Below, one piece after another: positions 7,885 to 17,012 of a stretch of 35,289 bases of DNA (the stretch's first letter is position 1; the number at the start of each line of letters is the position of its first letter). The stretch lies in the UHGV virus genome UHGV-0114939; one strand, written 5' to 3'. The stretch is from a virus. Made by a program: the position numbers and the translations under genes. A model generated the notes under the pieces. The model was not told the DNA's origin, did no database searches, and saw nothing but the letters and a program-made list of their open reading frames with translations.

Positions 7885-9194
7885 CCCTTAAGTTTTGCCT
7901 GATAGTAACTTTCCGGCAGATAGCCATGTGCGGTCACATAATCCTTAACCAGTGAAGGATCCTGCAACAGCATTTTGGTATCAGTTTCTTCGTCCTTAGA
8001 TTTGGTTACAGGAATACCGAGCCCGGCAATCTGTCGTTTCTGCATTCGAATAATTACGTCCTGCGCTTTATTCAACTCTCGCAAAAATGCCTCATTGCTG
8101 GTTGCTGACTTAATGCCATTTTGAGATTGCATAAGGGCAGCCCTTTCCCCTTCGGTTGGGTTAGAGCCAAAAGTCCCTTTGAGGCTAGGCAGAATAACCT
8201 TTAGGTTGTATTCATCAGCTTTGGCGCGTAGGCTTCGTGTGTCTTCTGCTACATCAGGAAGGAATCCAAACCCCAGCGTCAGGGGGTTATAGTTCTGCGA
8301 GCGGGTAACGGCCGAAGGATGTTTCCCTACAATTCCCGCCAGTTCATGACCCACTTCAAGCGCAGAGTTCAAGGAGTCGATGTTACCTGCAACAGTATTA
8401 ATTTTATCGTTCATCTTCTCCACTTTCGCCTGCTGTATCTTGCTCAGTTCAGCATTGAGCTTGTCTCTCTCGATGTCATTTTGAGCACGTCCAAGTCGTG
8501 CTTTCAGAACCATTTCTCTCGTGCGTAGTTGGTTATCGGATAGGACTTTGAACTGCTCCATATCGAGACGTCGATTACCCTGTTCCGCATTAACCTGAGC
8601 ATTATATGCGGATGTATCTGCGTTCTGCTGTGCAATGCTCTGCCCTTGCTGCTTCTCTTGAACACTAAAGTAACTATTTGGATCAGCATGGAGGTGGATG
8701 AGGTCAGTGATTCTGTTGAATTCCTGTGGGTCATTCTGCCAAGACTGATAAACCTCTTCAGCAGGAAGACCAAATCGCTGTAATACTGGATTTGCCTGCT
8801 GAATGGCCTTCTGCATGGTCAGTGGATCTCCAGTTTGTGACGCAAGACGCAGATTCATGGCAGCGTCAGCGGTCTGTCGATTTTGCTCAGCATCAATGAA
8901 TCCCATCTGTTTTTGAGAATCAGCCATAAACTGGGGATACTGGGCCATTAACTTCTGCACGCCAACACGATCATTATTAGCTACCGCACTACCCAACCGT
9001 GCCTGATATTCTTTTAACTGCTGGGAAATTTGCGCCTGCTGATTAATCTCAGCAACGCCTCTTAGCCCCTGTAGCGCCATTAAACCTACGTTTGGCTGCT
9101 GCTGATACTGCACAGGCTGAGGAACGGAAGAACGAGGAGCATTATCATTTTGCGGTGCCATGCTAGGCAGCCCGCCAAGTTGCCATGTCGCCAT
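7875..9194 (-). CDS. phage internal virion / ejection-like protein (Gln-rich)
   Basis: 439 aa; ATG at 9194 overlaps the stop of the upstream gene. Size and position match the middle ejection protein of podovirus modules (P22 gp20 / T7 gp15-like position). Confidence 0.65.
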   Translation of the reverse strand: MATWQLGGLPSMAPQNDNAPRSSVPQPVQYQQQPNVGLMALQGLRGVAEINQQAQISQQLKEYQARLGSAVANNDRVGVQKLMAQYPQFMADSQKQMGFIDAEQNRQTADAAMNLRLASQTGDPLTMQKAIQQANPVLQRFGLPAEEVYQSWQNDPQEFNRITDLIHLHADPNSYFSVQEKQQGQSIAQQNADTSAYNAQVNAEQGNRRLDMEQFKVLSDNQLRTREMVLKARLGRAQNDIERDKLNAELSKIQQAKVEKMNDKINTVAGNIDSLNSALEVGHELAGIVGKHPSAVTRSQNYNPLTLGFGFLPDVAEDTRSLRAKADEYNLKVILPSLKGTFGSNPTEGERAALMQSQNGIKSATSNEAFLRELNKAQDVIIRMQKRQIAGLGIPVTKSKDEETDTKMLLQDPSLVKDYVTAHGYLPESYYQAKLKGWQ

Positions 9195-9871
9195 TAGAAT
9201 CCAAGCCCCCCAACAAGACCAATAAGCCCACCACCAATAGCGCCGGCCGCAGTTCCTATTCCAGGAACAACGGAACCAAGTTGCGCACCCGCTAAAGCGC
9301 CTGATGCTGCCCCACCAATACCACGCGCAAGACTGGATGGCTGCTGCGCCTGACCTGCACGAATAGCGCCAAGCCCCTGCAAGAGTTGTCCGGTATTATT
9401 GGCGTAGTTTTGCCCTGCCGTTGCCTGCCCTGATGCCGCATTCATCCCGACATTTAGCAGGTTTCCATAATTTTGCATTTGCCCACTGAGCCAATTGTTA
9501 TAAAGCATGGGCGCAATGGAAGATAACTGGTTACTGGTAGCTGTTGAGCCAAGCCCCCCGGTAGCTTCTGCTGAGACAAGGTTCTGATAACGGGCCTGAT
9601 CTGCCTGTGTTTTATATAAACCAGAACCAAAGAAATCATTCGCGGCTTTATTCTGCCCTTCCAGAGTCATCAGTCCTTGTAGTTGTTGTAAAGCAGGCAA
9701 TCCGACTTCTGCATACGGCTTGAGATTATTCATCACCGTATTCCACTGCTCGCGCTGCAAATCAATTGCCTGCTGCTGGGCCTTCGCCTGAGCTTTAGAG
9801 GCACCACCATCACCGCCTTTTTCGTATACGGCACGATTGAGATGTTTATGAGCTATGTGGGTAATTAACAT
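9194..9871 (-). CDS. phage internal virion / ejection-like protein with glycine-zipper C-terminus
   Basis: 225 aa; ATG at 9871 with AAGGAA RBS. C-terminus GAQLGSVVPGIGTAAGAIGGGLIGLVGGLGF; size similar to P22 gp7. Confidence 0.6.
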   Translation of the reverse strand: MLITHIAHKHLNRAVYEKGGDGGASKAQAKAQQQAIDLQREQWNTVMNNLKPYAEVGLPALQQLQGLMTLEGQNKAANDFFGSGLYKTQADQARYQNLVSAEATGGLGSTATSNQLSSIAPMLYNNWLSGQMQNYGNLLNVGMNAASGQATAGQNYANNTGQLLQGLGAIRAGQAQQPSSLARGIGGAASGALAGAQLGSVVPGIGTAAGAIGGGLIGLVGGLGF

Positions 9872-10326
9872 TCGCTGAATTCCTTATATTGTTGCCGAGT
9901 TAACTGATAAAGCGTTACGCCGACGGGTTTACCACATCTGATATAAGCATCATCAAGGTGACCAACACGGGTAGCGCCAAGCAAACGGATAATTGCCCGT
10001 CCGTATTTGGTGGTGTCAGGAACCATGGTAATGCTGTTAAGGAATGGTGAGTTTTCGAGAAGCCATTTGCAGAATAATCGATGCCCTTGCAGTGCATATT
10101 CACCACGGAATCCGGGGTCGTACACCGCATGGCATTCAACAACGCTATGCCAGAAGTTACGCACTTCATGAACGCCAGCCAGCACTAATCCTTCGTAGAT
10201 GCCGAGATATACCGCATCAGGCTTGATGTAGTACGTGTGCCCCGGCTCAACAATATTTTCGGTATTGCCTGGCTCGTTAAGAAAGGCCTGTAATCGCACA
10301 GGGTTATCAATAAATTTTAGTTCCAT
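9865..10326 (-). CDS. hypothetical phage protein, first large gene of the ejection-like module
   Basis: 153 aa; ATG at 10326; 7-nt overlap with the next gene. Confidence 0.6.
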   Translation of the reverse strand: MELKFIDNPVRLQAFLNEPGNTENIVEPGHTYYIKPDAVYLGIYEGLVLAGVHEVRNFWHSVVECHAVYDPGFRGEYALQGHRLFCKWLLENSPFLNSITMVPDTTKYGRAIIRLLGATRVGHLDDAYIRCGKPVGVTLYQLTRQQYKEFSEC

Positions 10327-10342
10327 GCGATGCCATCCATTT

Positions 10343-10504
10343 TCACATACAGCCTGCCAGCGCCTTATCTATTAACCCTCGTGCAATTTCATGCAGAGTT
10401 GGCGCTACTCCAATTCCTGATTTTTTACGCTGCTCTTCCTGAATTTTCTTTATCGCTTCCATTTGCTTCTCACTTATCAATACCGGCTTTACTGAAATAG
10501 CCAT
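10343..10504 (-). CDS. small (53 aa) putative ribbon-helix-helix DNA-binding protein, below the ORF-track threshold
   Basis: Hand-translated: ATG at 10504 preceded by AAGGGGG; MAISVKPVLISEKQMEAIKKIQEEQRKKSGIGVAPTLHEIARGLIDKALAGCM; stop TGA at 10343-10345, 16 nt before the 153-aa gene start. Confidence 0.5.
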   Translation of the reverse strand: MAISVKPVLISEKQMEAIKKIQEEQRKKSGIGVAPTLHEIARGLIDKALAGCM

Positions 10505-10597
10505 AACGCCCCCTTAGAACTGTATAAAACAACAGTTATTATAGTTTCACAAATCGCAATATTCATCATCGTAATTGCAAAATATGAAACAAATAGC

Positions 10598-10630
10598 ACA
10601 AAAAAATGCCACCGCTCAGTAGCTGGTGGC
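10598..10630 (-). terminator. rho-independent terminator downstream of the primase gene
   Basis: Minus strand reads GCCACCAGCTACTGAGCGGTGGC followed by a 7-nt T run (hairpin 10608-10630, A run 10600-10606 on plus). Confidence 0.55.
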
Positions 10631-10948
10631 ATCGTTCTGTGTGTCAGGTTTTGACAGGTTTTTTATGGACTCTAAAAACTATATTTATGGTGTCGCATTA
10701 CTCTTCACGGCAGGCGCTTTTCAGTTCTGCCCTTGCTTCTGGCTCCATTGGTAATTTGATTCGCGATCAGCTATGCGGATGGTTTGCTGAACAGGCATAA
10801 CAACTTCTCAGAGGCTGTTTTTTGAACTACGAAAATTTCGTAGTGCTCACTTTCAAAAACGTCACGCCCTTGTACACAGGATTTTACGAAAGTCTCGTAA
10901 AACACTCTCTGATGCCAGCCAGGTGTTGTGCGCATCAATTCAGTCACA

Positions 10949-11067
10949 TTGTGTTGGTTCAAAATACCGTGTTGTTGGTTCAGTGTTGGTTCAATAAAAA
11001 GAATAAAATCCTTATAAAACAATACTCTTTACAAATTGAACCAACTGAACCAACTGAACCAACACCT
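10949..11067. repeat. iteron cluster 2: GTTGGTTCA at 10953, 10974, 10985 and 3 tandem TGAACCAAC at 11037-11063; mirror image of cluster 1
   Basis: 11027-11067 is an exact reverse complement of 2781-2821. Sits 22 bp 3' of the primase-helicase gene, like the P4 crr/ori repeats bound by alpha. Confidence 0.8.
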
Positions 11068-11088
11068 TTTCTACGCACATGAAGAAGC

Positions 11089-13848
11089 TCATTCTTCAGA
11101 TGAGTTATAATCTCCTGGCTGGTAATTGAGTACATAAACGTTTATTTGTCGTCCCTGAATACGTGGTGATTTTCTTTGGTATCCACGACCGCTGTTTGGT
11201 GGGGTTAGCATCCCGGCTTTTTTCAACACTTCAGCAAACTGTTTTGCGTTGAAACCACATGCGATCTCCTTTTCAAATGTGGCCGGGAATGTGTAGAAAA
11301 TCATTGGGCTTTCGTCATGTTCTCCACGCTGACGGTATCCGGCTAAATCTTTGATGGGCAAATCTGCCGGGCTGTATGGAAATGGTGCAAAACGGCTAAG
11401 CCCATAGGCATTAAGAAATGCCTCCGTTTGTTCAATAATCTGCTGATGCTCTTTGTTACCTGTGCCGAACTCACGCAACCATGCGTTATAGCTGTGCTGT
11501 ATCGCATCACGGCATGTCTGAGCATCCCAGCCTGTTACAACCTCGCCTAACAACAATGCGGCCTCCAGAATGGCAAATCGCGCGGCTACACGGTGAACCT
11601 GCTCACCATAATCGGATGGGATCAGGCTTCTCCATCTGCTTTCGCAATCACGAACGGTTTTAATAGCCTGTTGCTGGTGGTCTGCCAGCCATTTAATCCA
11701 CTCACGCCCGGACGCGCCGTGGTGATGCTGGTAAGCGTCTTTCAGTGCGTCTGCGTGCTGTTTTCCGTTCTGGTAATCGTGAAAGCGTACTGCTTTACTC
11801 AACGGAATATTCAGCAGTCGCACCAGTTGCCCGGCTTTGGTTTTTCGCCCGGAAGTAGCGATAAATGTTTCTAAATCCATTTCTCCGGTGCTGATTGCCA
11901 CTGTACGCCAACGTTTTAGATCCCGGTTTCCACCATCTTTAGCGCCTTGCAGTTTCCCTACACCGTTAAATAACGCATAGGCAGACTGTGAAACGCTGAC
12001 AGGATCAGCGCCCTGACCAACTTCATCAAGCGGCATTAGTCCGTCATTGTGGGCGGCGGCCTCATTTGCCAGCCCCAGCGCGGTTCCGTACCACGTCAGC
12101 CGCAGTAAATCAGGGTTGCCGTATAAGCTGCTCGCCACGTTTGCCGTGGTGGTCTTACCTGCGCTCGACTGCTCATAGAAATGAATGCCGAACCCGTCAG
12201 CGCCCACCAGCCCAATCAATGGCGCTGCCAGTGCTGCGCCGATCCCGGTCATCATTGAATAGTTACCAAAGGCCAGACGCGCCACGTTATCACGCCAGCT
12301 TTTCGCGCTCCCTGAGACGGTATATCCGGCTGCGGCTGAGCTTCTCCCGCTGAACAGCACAGGATTTTCAGGTGTTCCGATGATTTCCCCATCAGGCATG
12401 ATGTACGCTCCGCATTGCCAGCCAGTGGCATGAGCAACACGCCACAATTCACGAGAGCCACTGCGTTGTAGCCAGTCTGCCAGTATTGCTCTGAGGCTGC
12501 TTTTGGTCGTGACATTTACCCCACCAGCTTTAAGTGTGCGCCATCCTTCACGTTCACCAATATCAGCCAGTGGAATGGCAGCGGTTGTCGGCGTTTCAGA
12601 ACCAAACGACAGCCAGCGAAGAATGAGATACTGGTCTTTATCGTCTCTGCCAGTACCGATAACGCTTAACGGAGAACATAACCAGCTTTCGTTATTGATG
12701 ATTTCTCCACTCTGGCTGTCAGCTCTCGGAGATACCCAATAAATACCATCCTCGCGGCTTTCTATTCTTGGTTTCAGTGGGTCGGTATCCATAACCTTAA
12801 AATCGCTTCCCTCAATGGTCTGTGGCTCCTGTTTCACGCCATTACCCTGTGGTTGGTACATTGACTTATTGAACGCTTCTGTGGCGCATTTAATGCCGTG
12901 TTTTTGGTGGTAATCATTCCAGTCTGCTTTGTGATCTGTCGGGGGTAATGCCACCCATCCAGAAACAGATAAAGCTGCTTTTTCTGCTGCTATTCTCCCC
13001 GTGTTTTGTCTTCCTTCGCTGTGGTCGTTATCCGCAGCAATGATGATTTGTGCTGAAGGAAATTTATCCCGCAGTACCTGGGCGACATATAACAGGTTCC
13101 CGGCATCAATCGCCGCCACTGTCAGCGCCTCTGGACGAATTAAATGGGCAGATAATGCCGTTGCCAGCCCTTCTGCGATTAAGATGCTCTGTGTTGTTTC
13201 TGGTGCGTTTATGGCGTGATATGCCCCTCGCTTTGCCGAACCTGTCAGGAGTCTTTTTTCACCATGTGAGGTAATAGTCTGTGCTGCTGTGACTGCGCCG
13301 GATTTATCCACCAGCGCCAGCAACAGAGATCCATCGGGCAACACGGGGAATGTAAAATCACCTACCCCTTTCGCAACCAGATAATCAGATTTGCCGTTTA
13401 CAGCCTTTCTGCGCATGTCATCAAACTGACGGGAAAACGTATCCCGTCTTTGTTGTTCGTCCTTCTCTGCCCTTTTCAGGCGCTCCTGTTCGCGTCGCTG
13501 GCGCTCGGTTTCCAGTTGTTCCCGTTTCTGGCTGGTGGCTTCTGGTGTTTCCGTTGTCCGGTAATCAATACCCAGAACATCAGCGGCAAGAAGCGCCGCC
13601 TCTGTTGTGTCGCAGTTATTTACGCGTTTAATTAAATCCAGCCCATCACCAGCGCCGCACTGATTACAGATGAAGCTACCGCGCCCGTTGTCGTCGAACC
13701 GGAATCGATCTTTGCCCCCACATGCAGGGCAGGGAGCATGACGGCGCGGAGAGTCAGGGACATTTATGTTCAGGCAGCCCAGCACATGAGGCCAGTTGTT
13801 TTCAGACGCACTGATAACCTGACGGATAAGATCAATGTTTCGCATCAC
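11089..13848 (-). CDS. P4-alpha-like primase-helicase (zinc ribbon + Toprim + DUF927-type NTPase)
   Basis: Zinc ribbon CPACGG...FICNQCG; Toprim acidic motif IIAADNDH; Walker A YEQSSAGKTTT. Track start at 13848 is a GTG; an ATG follows at 13845. Confidence 0.85.
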   Translation of the reverse strand: MMRNIDLIRQVISASENNWPHVLGCLNINVPDSPRRHAPCPACGGKDRFRFDDNGRGSFICNQCGAGDGLDLIKRVNNCDTTEAALLAADVLGIDYRTTETPEATSQKREQLETERQRREQERLKRAEKDEQQRRDTFSRQFDDMRRKAVNGKSDYLVAKGVGDFTFPVLPDGSLLLALVDKSGAVTAAQTITSHGEKRLLTGSAKRGAYHAINAPETTQSILIAEGLATALSAHLIRPEALTVAAIDAGNLLYVAQVLRDKFPSAQIIIAADNDHSEGRQNTGRIAAEKAALSVSGWVALPPTDHKADWNDYHQKHGIKCATEAFNKSMYQPQGNGVKQEPQTIEGSDFKVMDTDPLKPRIESREDGIYWVSPRADSQSGEIINNESWLCSPLSVIGTGRDDKDQYLILRWLSFGSETPTTAAIPLADIGEREGWRTLKAGGVNVTTKSSLRAILADWLQRSGSRELWRVAHATGWQCGAYIMPDGEIIGTPENPVLFSGRSSAAAGYTVSGSAKSWRDNVARLAFGNYSMMTGIGAALAAPLIGLVGADGFGIHFYEQSSAGKTTTANVASSLYGNPDLLRLTWYGTALGLANEAAAHNDGLMPLDEVGQGADPVSVSQSAYALFNGVGKLQGAKDGGNRDLKRWRTVAISTGEMDLETFIATSGRKTKAGQLVRLLNIPLSKAVRFHDYQNGKQHADALKDAYQHHHGASGREWIKWLADHQQQAIKTVRDCESRWRSLIPSDYGEQVHRVAARFAILEAALLLGEVVTGWDAQTCRDAIQHSYNAWLREFGTGNKEHQQIIEQTEAFLNAYGLSRFAPFPYSPADLPIKDLAGYRQRGEHDESPMIFYTFPATFEKEIACGFNAKQFAEVLKKAGMLTPPNSGRGYQRKSPRIQGRQINVYVLNYQPGDYNSSEE

Positions 13849-14203
13849 CGTACCCCACGTGGTCTATAGCGTTTGCGATATGGCTAACCAGCATCTGCCA
13901 CTTGGTTATTCCGTAATCAGTCAGCATGCCATCATTGTTTAGCCACATATCAAATTCAGCGGTTGTCGCAAGTTTCCACTTATCGCCGTGGGCAGTCCTC
14001 ATTGCTGGGTACATGAATGCGCAAATCAGATCACAAACATCTGACGGCTTCAGAGATGTAGTAATGATGCGTCCCTCTGGCGTCTGAATTGCCATTTTCT
14101 CTTCACCAGTAGAATGAAGGTTATGAATCCACACAGCACCAGCAATCTTTGCCACCTGCTCTCCGATTGCGGAGCTAAGCGCCATTTCTGCATTTTCACG
14201 CAT
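13832..14203 (-). CDS. hypothetical protein
   Basis: ATG at 14203 with GGGAGG RBS; overlaps neighbours by 8 and 17 nt (translational coupling). Confidence 0.6.
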   Translation of the reverse strand: MRENAEMALSSAIGEQVAKIAGAVWIHNLHSTGEEKMAIQTPEGRIITTSLKPSDVCDLICAFMYPAMRTAHGDKWKLATTAEFDMWLNNDGMLTDYGITKWQMLVSHIANAIDHVGYGDAKH

Positions 14204-14537
14204 GAGAACCTCCCGCTACAGTTGCGCCCATGTCATTAACCATGCTTTGCCATATCTCACGCCCGACGTCAGTCAATCCGTCCTTAGTGACGCAACGATC
14301 AAGAAGCTCGATCCCCACGGTTTCCCACTGCGGGTAGAACACTTTCATGGCTGCCAGTGTGTAGCTATCGATCAGGCTGCGAACGCCTTTTACTCCATTG
14401 ACGATTTCCACGCGGACGGCCTCGCCGTCCGCATCAACCATGAAATAGTCCCCGCCGCTGGTGGAGGTAATGTGGTTATACAGTGCCGACGCATACTTAT
14501 TTGCCAGCGCATTCAGTCGGAAATTTTTAGTAATCAT
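14196..14537 (-). CDS. hypothetical protein
   Basis: ATG at 14537 with GAGGA RBS; 113 aa. Confidence 0.6.
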   Translation of the reverse strand: MITKNFRLNALANKYASALYNHITSTSGGDYFMVDADGEAVRVEIVNGVKGVRSLIDSYTLAAMKVFYPQWETVGIELLDRCVTKDGLTDVGREIWQSMVNDMGATVAGGSHA

Positions 14538-14547
14538 GGTTCCATCC

Positions 14548-15150
14548 TCAGTGCGTCACTGGTTCCGCTGGCATGCCGTTTTCATTCAGTTCAGCTATAA
14601 AGCTGTTGTGAAGTTCAGCAAGCGTTTCACGACCAAATGGAGTCAGTGCTCCTTGTTCCACATCCATCATGGCTCTGTAGAAAATGATGGCGCGTTCTGT
14701 GCCAGACTCGATGCCAAAACGTTCTATCATCGCGCCCTCAATGTTGTTTGCCATAGCGAGGCGCTCTGCTACTGGATACAGCGGCATGGCGACGATGCCG
14801 TTGGAATAAACAGCCACTTCGGAAGGGTTGCCAGTATCATCAATGATGCTGACAGTGCCGTTTTCCTCTCTCATTTCCAGCATGAATACTGTTGCGATCA
14901 GCCATCTCCACATAATGACGTTATGCTGTGATGTGTAATCGAAATATCCCTGGTTGCCGCCATCGGCTATAGCGAGATGTATTGACATACCTTCATCTGG
15001 TTTATCGTCATAATCCCCGGCATCCAGACGATTTACGGCATCAATATATGAGACGGCCTCAACGCGTTCTGTCATGCCATCGTTGCTGCGGTACATGATG
15101 TTTACGCCGTCAGGCGTTGCTTCTGTATGGAAAGTTAAGAAATTATTCAT
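14548..15150 (-). CDS. hypothetical protein
   Basis: Start moved to the internal ATG at 15150 (Met36 of the track ORF), giving an 8-nt overlap with the upstream gene instead of a 113-nt overlap. Confidence 0.55.
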   Translation of the reverse strand: MNNFLTFHTEATPDGVNIMYRSNDGMTERVEAVSYIDAVNRLDAGDYDDKPDEGMSIHLAIADGGNQGYFDYTSQHNVIMWRWLIATVFMLEMREENGTVSIIDDTGNPSEVAVYSNGIVAMPLYPVAERLAMANNIEGAMIERFGIESGTERAIIFYRAMMDVEQGALTPFGRETLAELHNSFIAELNENGMPAEPVTH

Positions 15151-15364
15151 GTTTCGCCTCGCCTGAATGATTCTGTAACTCATATTTGCCCAACAATTCG
15201 TCTGCTTCCTGAATAGCTTCTGGTACGCCATTGAGCAGTGACATAACCGCGCCAATCATTAACTTGTCTCTGTTGCTGGGGCTGGCCCCTTCAAGCCAGA
15301 ACCCTAAAACAGTCTGAACCTGTTCGATGCGACATTGTGCTTCAATGAGCTGGATGTTGGTCAT
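15143..15364 (-). CDS. hypothetical small protein
   Basis: ATG at 15364 with GGAGAG RBS; ATGA overlap with the upstream gene. Confidence 0.55.
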   Translation of the reverse strand: MTNIQLIEAQCRIEQVQTVLGFWLEGASPSNRDKLMIGAVMSLLNGVPEAIQEADELLGKYELQNHSGEAKHE

Positions 15365-15624
15365 TTCGCACTCTCCGCATCGATTAAACTGATATCTATC
15401 AGAGAGGTAACTTTTTGTAGCCAGCTAGTGATTACTGTCGCCTGTTCCCCTCCCACCGATGGAAGAATCTCATTCATCACATGAACCAGACCTGTGCGCG
15501 CCCTGGTAAGCCGTTCAGTCGTGCGATCTGCAAGAGTGAATGTGTCTGGATATGGCTCTTCACGGCTCAGCAATGATTCAATTTCCAGCTCACACGGATG
15601 ACGATAAATTAAGTTGATATTCAT
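15361..15624 (-). CDS. hypothetical small protein
   Basis: ATG at 15624; ATGA overlap with the upstream gene. Confidence 0.55.
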   Translation of the reverse strand: MNINLIYRHPCELEIESLLSREEPYPDTFTLADRTTERLTRARTGLVHVMNEILPSVGGEQATVITSWLQKVTSLIDISLIDAESAK

Positions 15625-15815
15625 TTTTCACCACCAAGAATTACCAGCTCTGCACGAGCATCGTTAACCAAAGATGAGCACGCTTTAATCGCATCCACGA
15701 CATCAGCAGCGTCCATTTCTTCAGCCGAAAGACTGACAGCAACCAGGACAGCCGCTGCTTGCTCGATTAATTGAAGTGCGGACGTAAGTCGAGGGGCATT
15801 AATTGAGTTATTCAT
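15621..15815 (-). CDS. hypothetical small protein
   Basis: Internal ATG at 15815 (Met20 of the track ORF) preceded by a GGGGG-type RBS. Confidence 0.45.
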   Translation of the reverse strand: MNNSINAPRLTSALQLIEQAAAVLVAVSLSAEEMDAADVVDAIKACSSLVNDARAELVILGGEK

Positions 15816-16836
15816 TGGTTGCCCCCGTTTTTCCTGGCATTTCGCCACCTTCCAGCAGGAAATGAACGTCACGAACGGCGAGATCCAATATCGCGAGTAA
15901 CGCCTTCAGTCTTTCGTCTCGTGAGGGAGAGTTGCTCACCAGAATGTCGTTAATCACTTCTGTCAGTGTGATGATCTGGCTTGTGCGTTCGAGGGGATCC
16001 ATATGCACATCGTAGGTTTTAATCATGTGCCACCTCCATGCGGATACGACCAGCAAAAAAGCAGACGTGATCGCGCACCAGAGAACGGCGAGCATCGCGT
16101 TCAGACTCGGCAGCAATATGATGAATTTTGGCGGTAATTGTCGGGCAATCGCGGCGAACTGCGGCGATAATCCAGATAAATTGCGGTTTTTGGGTAGGGG
16201 TAGTAGCCAGCATGTGGCAGCCTCCTTGATTGATGGTTTATAGCCACCGCCGGAGGTCCTAAGCTCGCTGGCGGTGGACTGTACAGGGTTAGGACTACTG
16301 GCAATCAAGGAAACCAGCCTGACCGAAGTCAGCCCCATACAGCCCACCATTGATAAGGTGTGCGTGTGCGCCGATACAAAAAAAGACGCTGGCGCGTCAT
16401 GTATCGCCTCGATTGCCTGCGGGGTCCTAATCCCGGCACCCGTTTTATGAGGTGCCTTATAACCATAAACCGTGTTGCCGCATAACGGCAAGCTCTTTTT
16501 TATGGACTCCGAAAACTCAGTATTGGAAGCACCAGATGCACAGTACATCGCGCTCATTTCGTTAACGTCACGCACGTGGACGAATGTTTTTGTGGAGTCA
16601 CTACACGAGCGGAAGACATCATCTACGACCAGAAATTTTCTGGCGCAGCCGCTGACCTTCTCAATGCTAATATCATCGCCCGAGATTTCTGGTATGGTTA
16701 AGGCATCCGTTCCGGCCACCAGCAAATGATAAACTTTGCTTGTATCTGCTGTATTAATGCCTGACTTTGCCGTCATATTTCTGGATTTTGGCGACATACC
16801 AGCCAGTGAAAATGTCTTCTTCTGGATGGGTATCAT
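15808..16836 (-). CDS. hypothetical protein (342-codon open frame; may be composite)
   Basis: ATG at 16836 with GGAGGT RBS and ATGA overlap with the upstream gene, so the start is credible. Internal ORFs with strong RBS at 16213 and 16026, and GC-rich hairpins at 16245-16277, leave the true extent uncertain. Confidence 0.4.
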   Translation of the reverse strand: MIPIQKKTFSLAGMSPKSRNMTAKSGINTADTSKVYHLLVAGTDALTIPEISGDDISIEKVSGCARKFLVVDDVFRSCSDSTKTFVHVRDVNEMSAMYCASGASNTEFSESIKKSLPLCGNTVYGYKAPHKTGAGIRTPQAIEAIHDAPASFFVSAHTHTLSMVGCMGLTSVRLVSLIASSPNPVQSTASELRTSGGGYKPSIKEAATCWLLPLPKNRNLSGLSPQFAAIARQLPPKFIILLPSLNAMLAVLWCAITSAFLLVVSAWRWHMIKTYDVHMDPLERTSQIITLTEVINDILVSNSPSRDERLKALLAILDLAVRDVHFLLEGGEMPGKTGATNE

Positions 16837-17012
16837 TGGTTAACCTCCGCGAACTCCTTCATGAAACGCGCCAGCGGTTGTACGCATGGCGATTGATACC
16901 CGTCGCGATAAAACGTCACTCGGTTGTGAGACACGCTTTCGACAGTAACGAGTGCTCCGTGGGCATCTTTGTAGCGTTTTTGAGGTTGTGGTGTTCCTGT
17001 CGGCTTAAACAT
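16833..17012 (-). CDS. small conserved prophage protein (DUF4222-like?)
   Basis: Internal ATG at 17012 (Met30 of the track ORF) with GGAGG RBS; 8-nt overlap with the upstream gene; MFKPTGTPQPQKRYKDAHGALVTVESV... Confidence 0.45.
   Translation of the reverse strand: MFKPTGTPQPQKRYKDAHGALVTVESVSHNRVTFYRDGYQSPCVQPLARFMKEFAEVNQ

Noticed and set aside
10606-11082. ORFs 10606..10800, 10822..11082 (+) and 10771..11022 (-)
   Set aside because: Overlap the terminator and iteron cluster 2; no RBS; treated as the non-coding origin/regulatory region.
16019-16213. 64-aa ORF with AAGGAGG RBS
   Set aside because: Not called as a separate CDS because it overlaps the 342-codon frame; kept as an open question in the findings.
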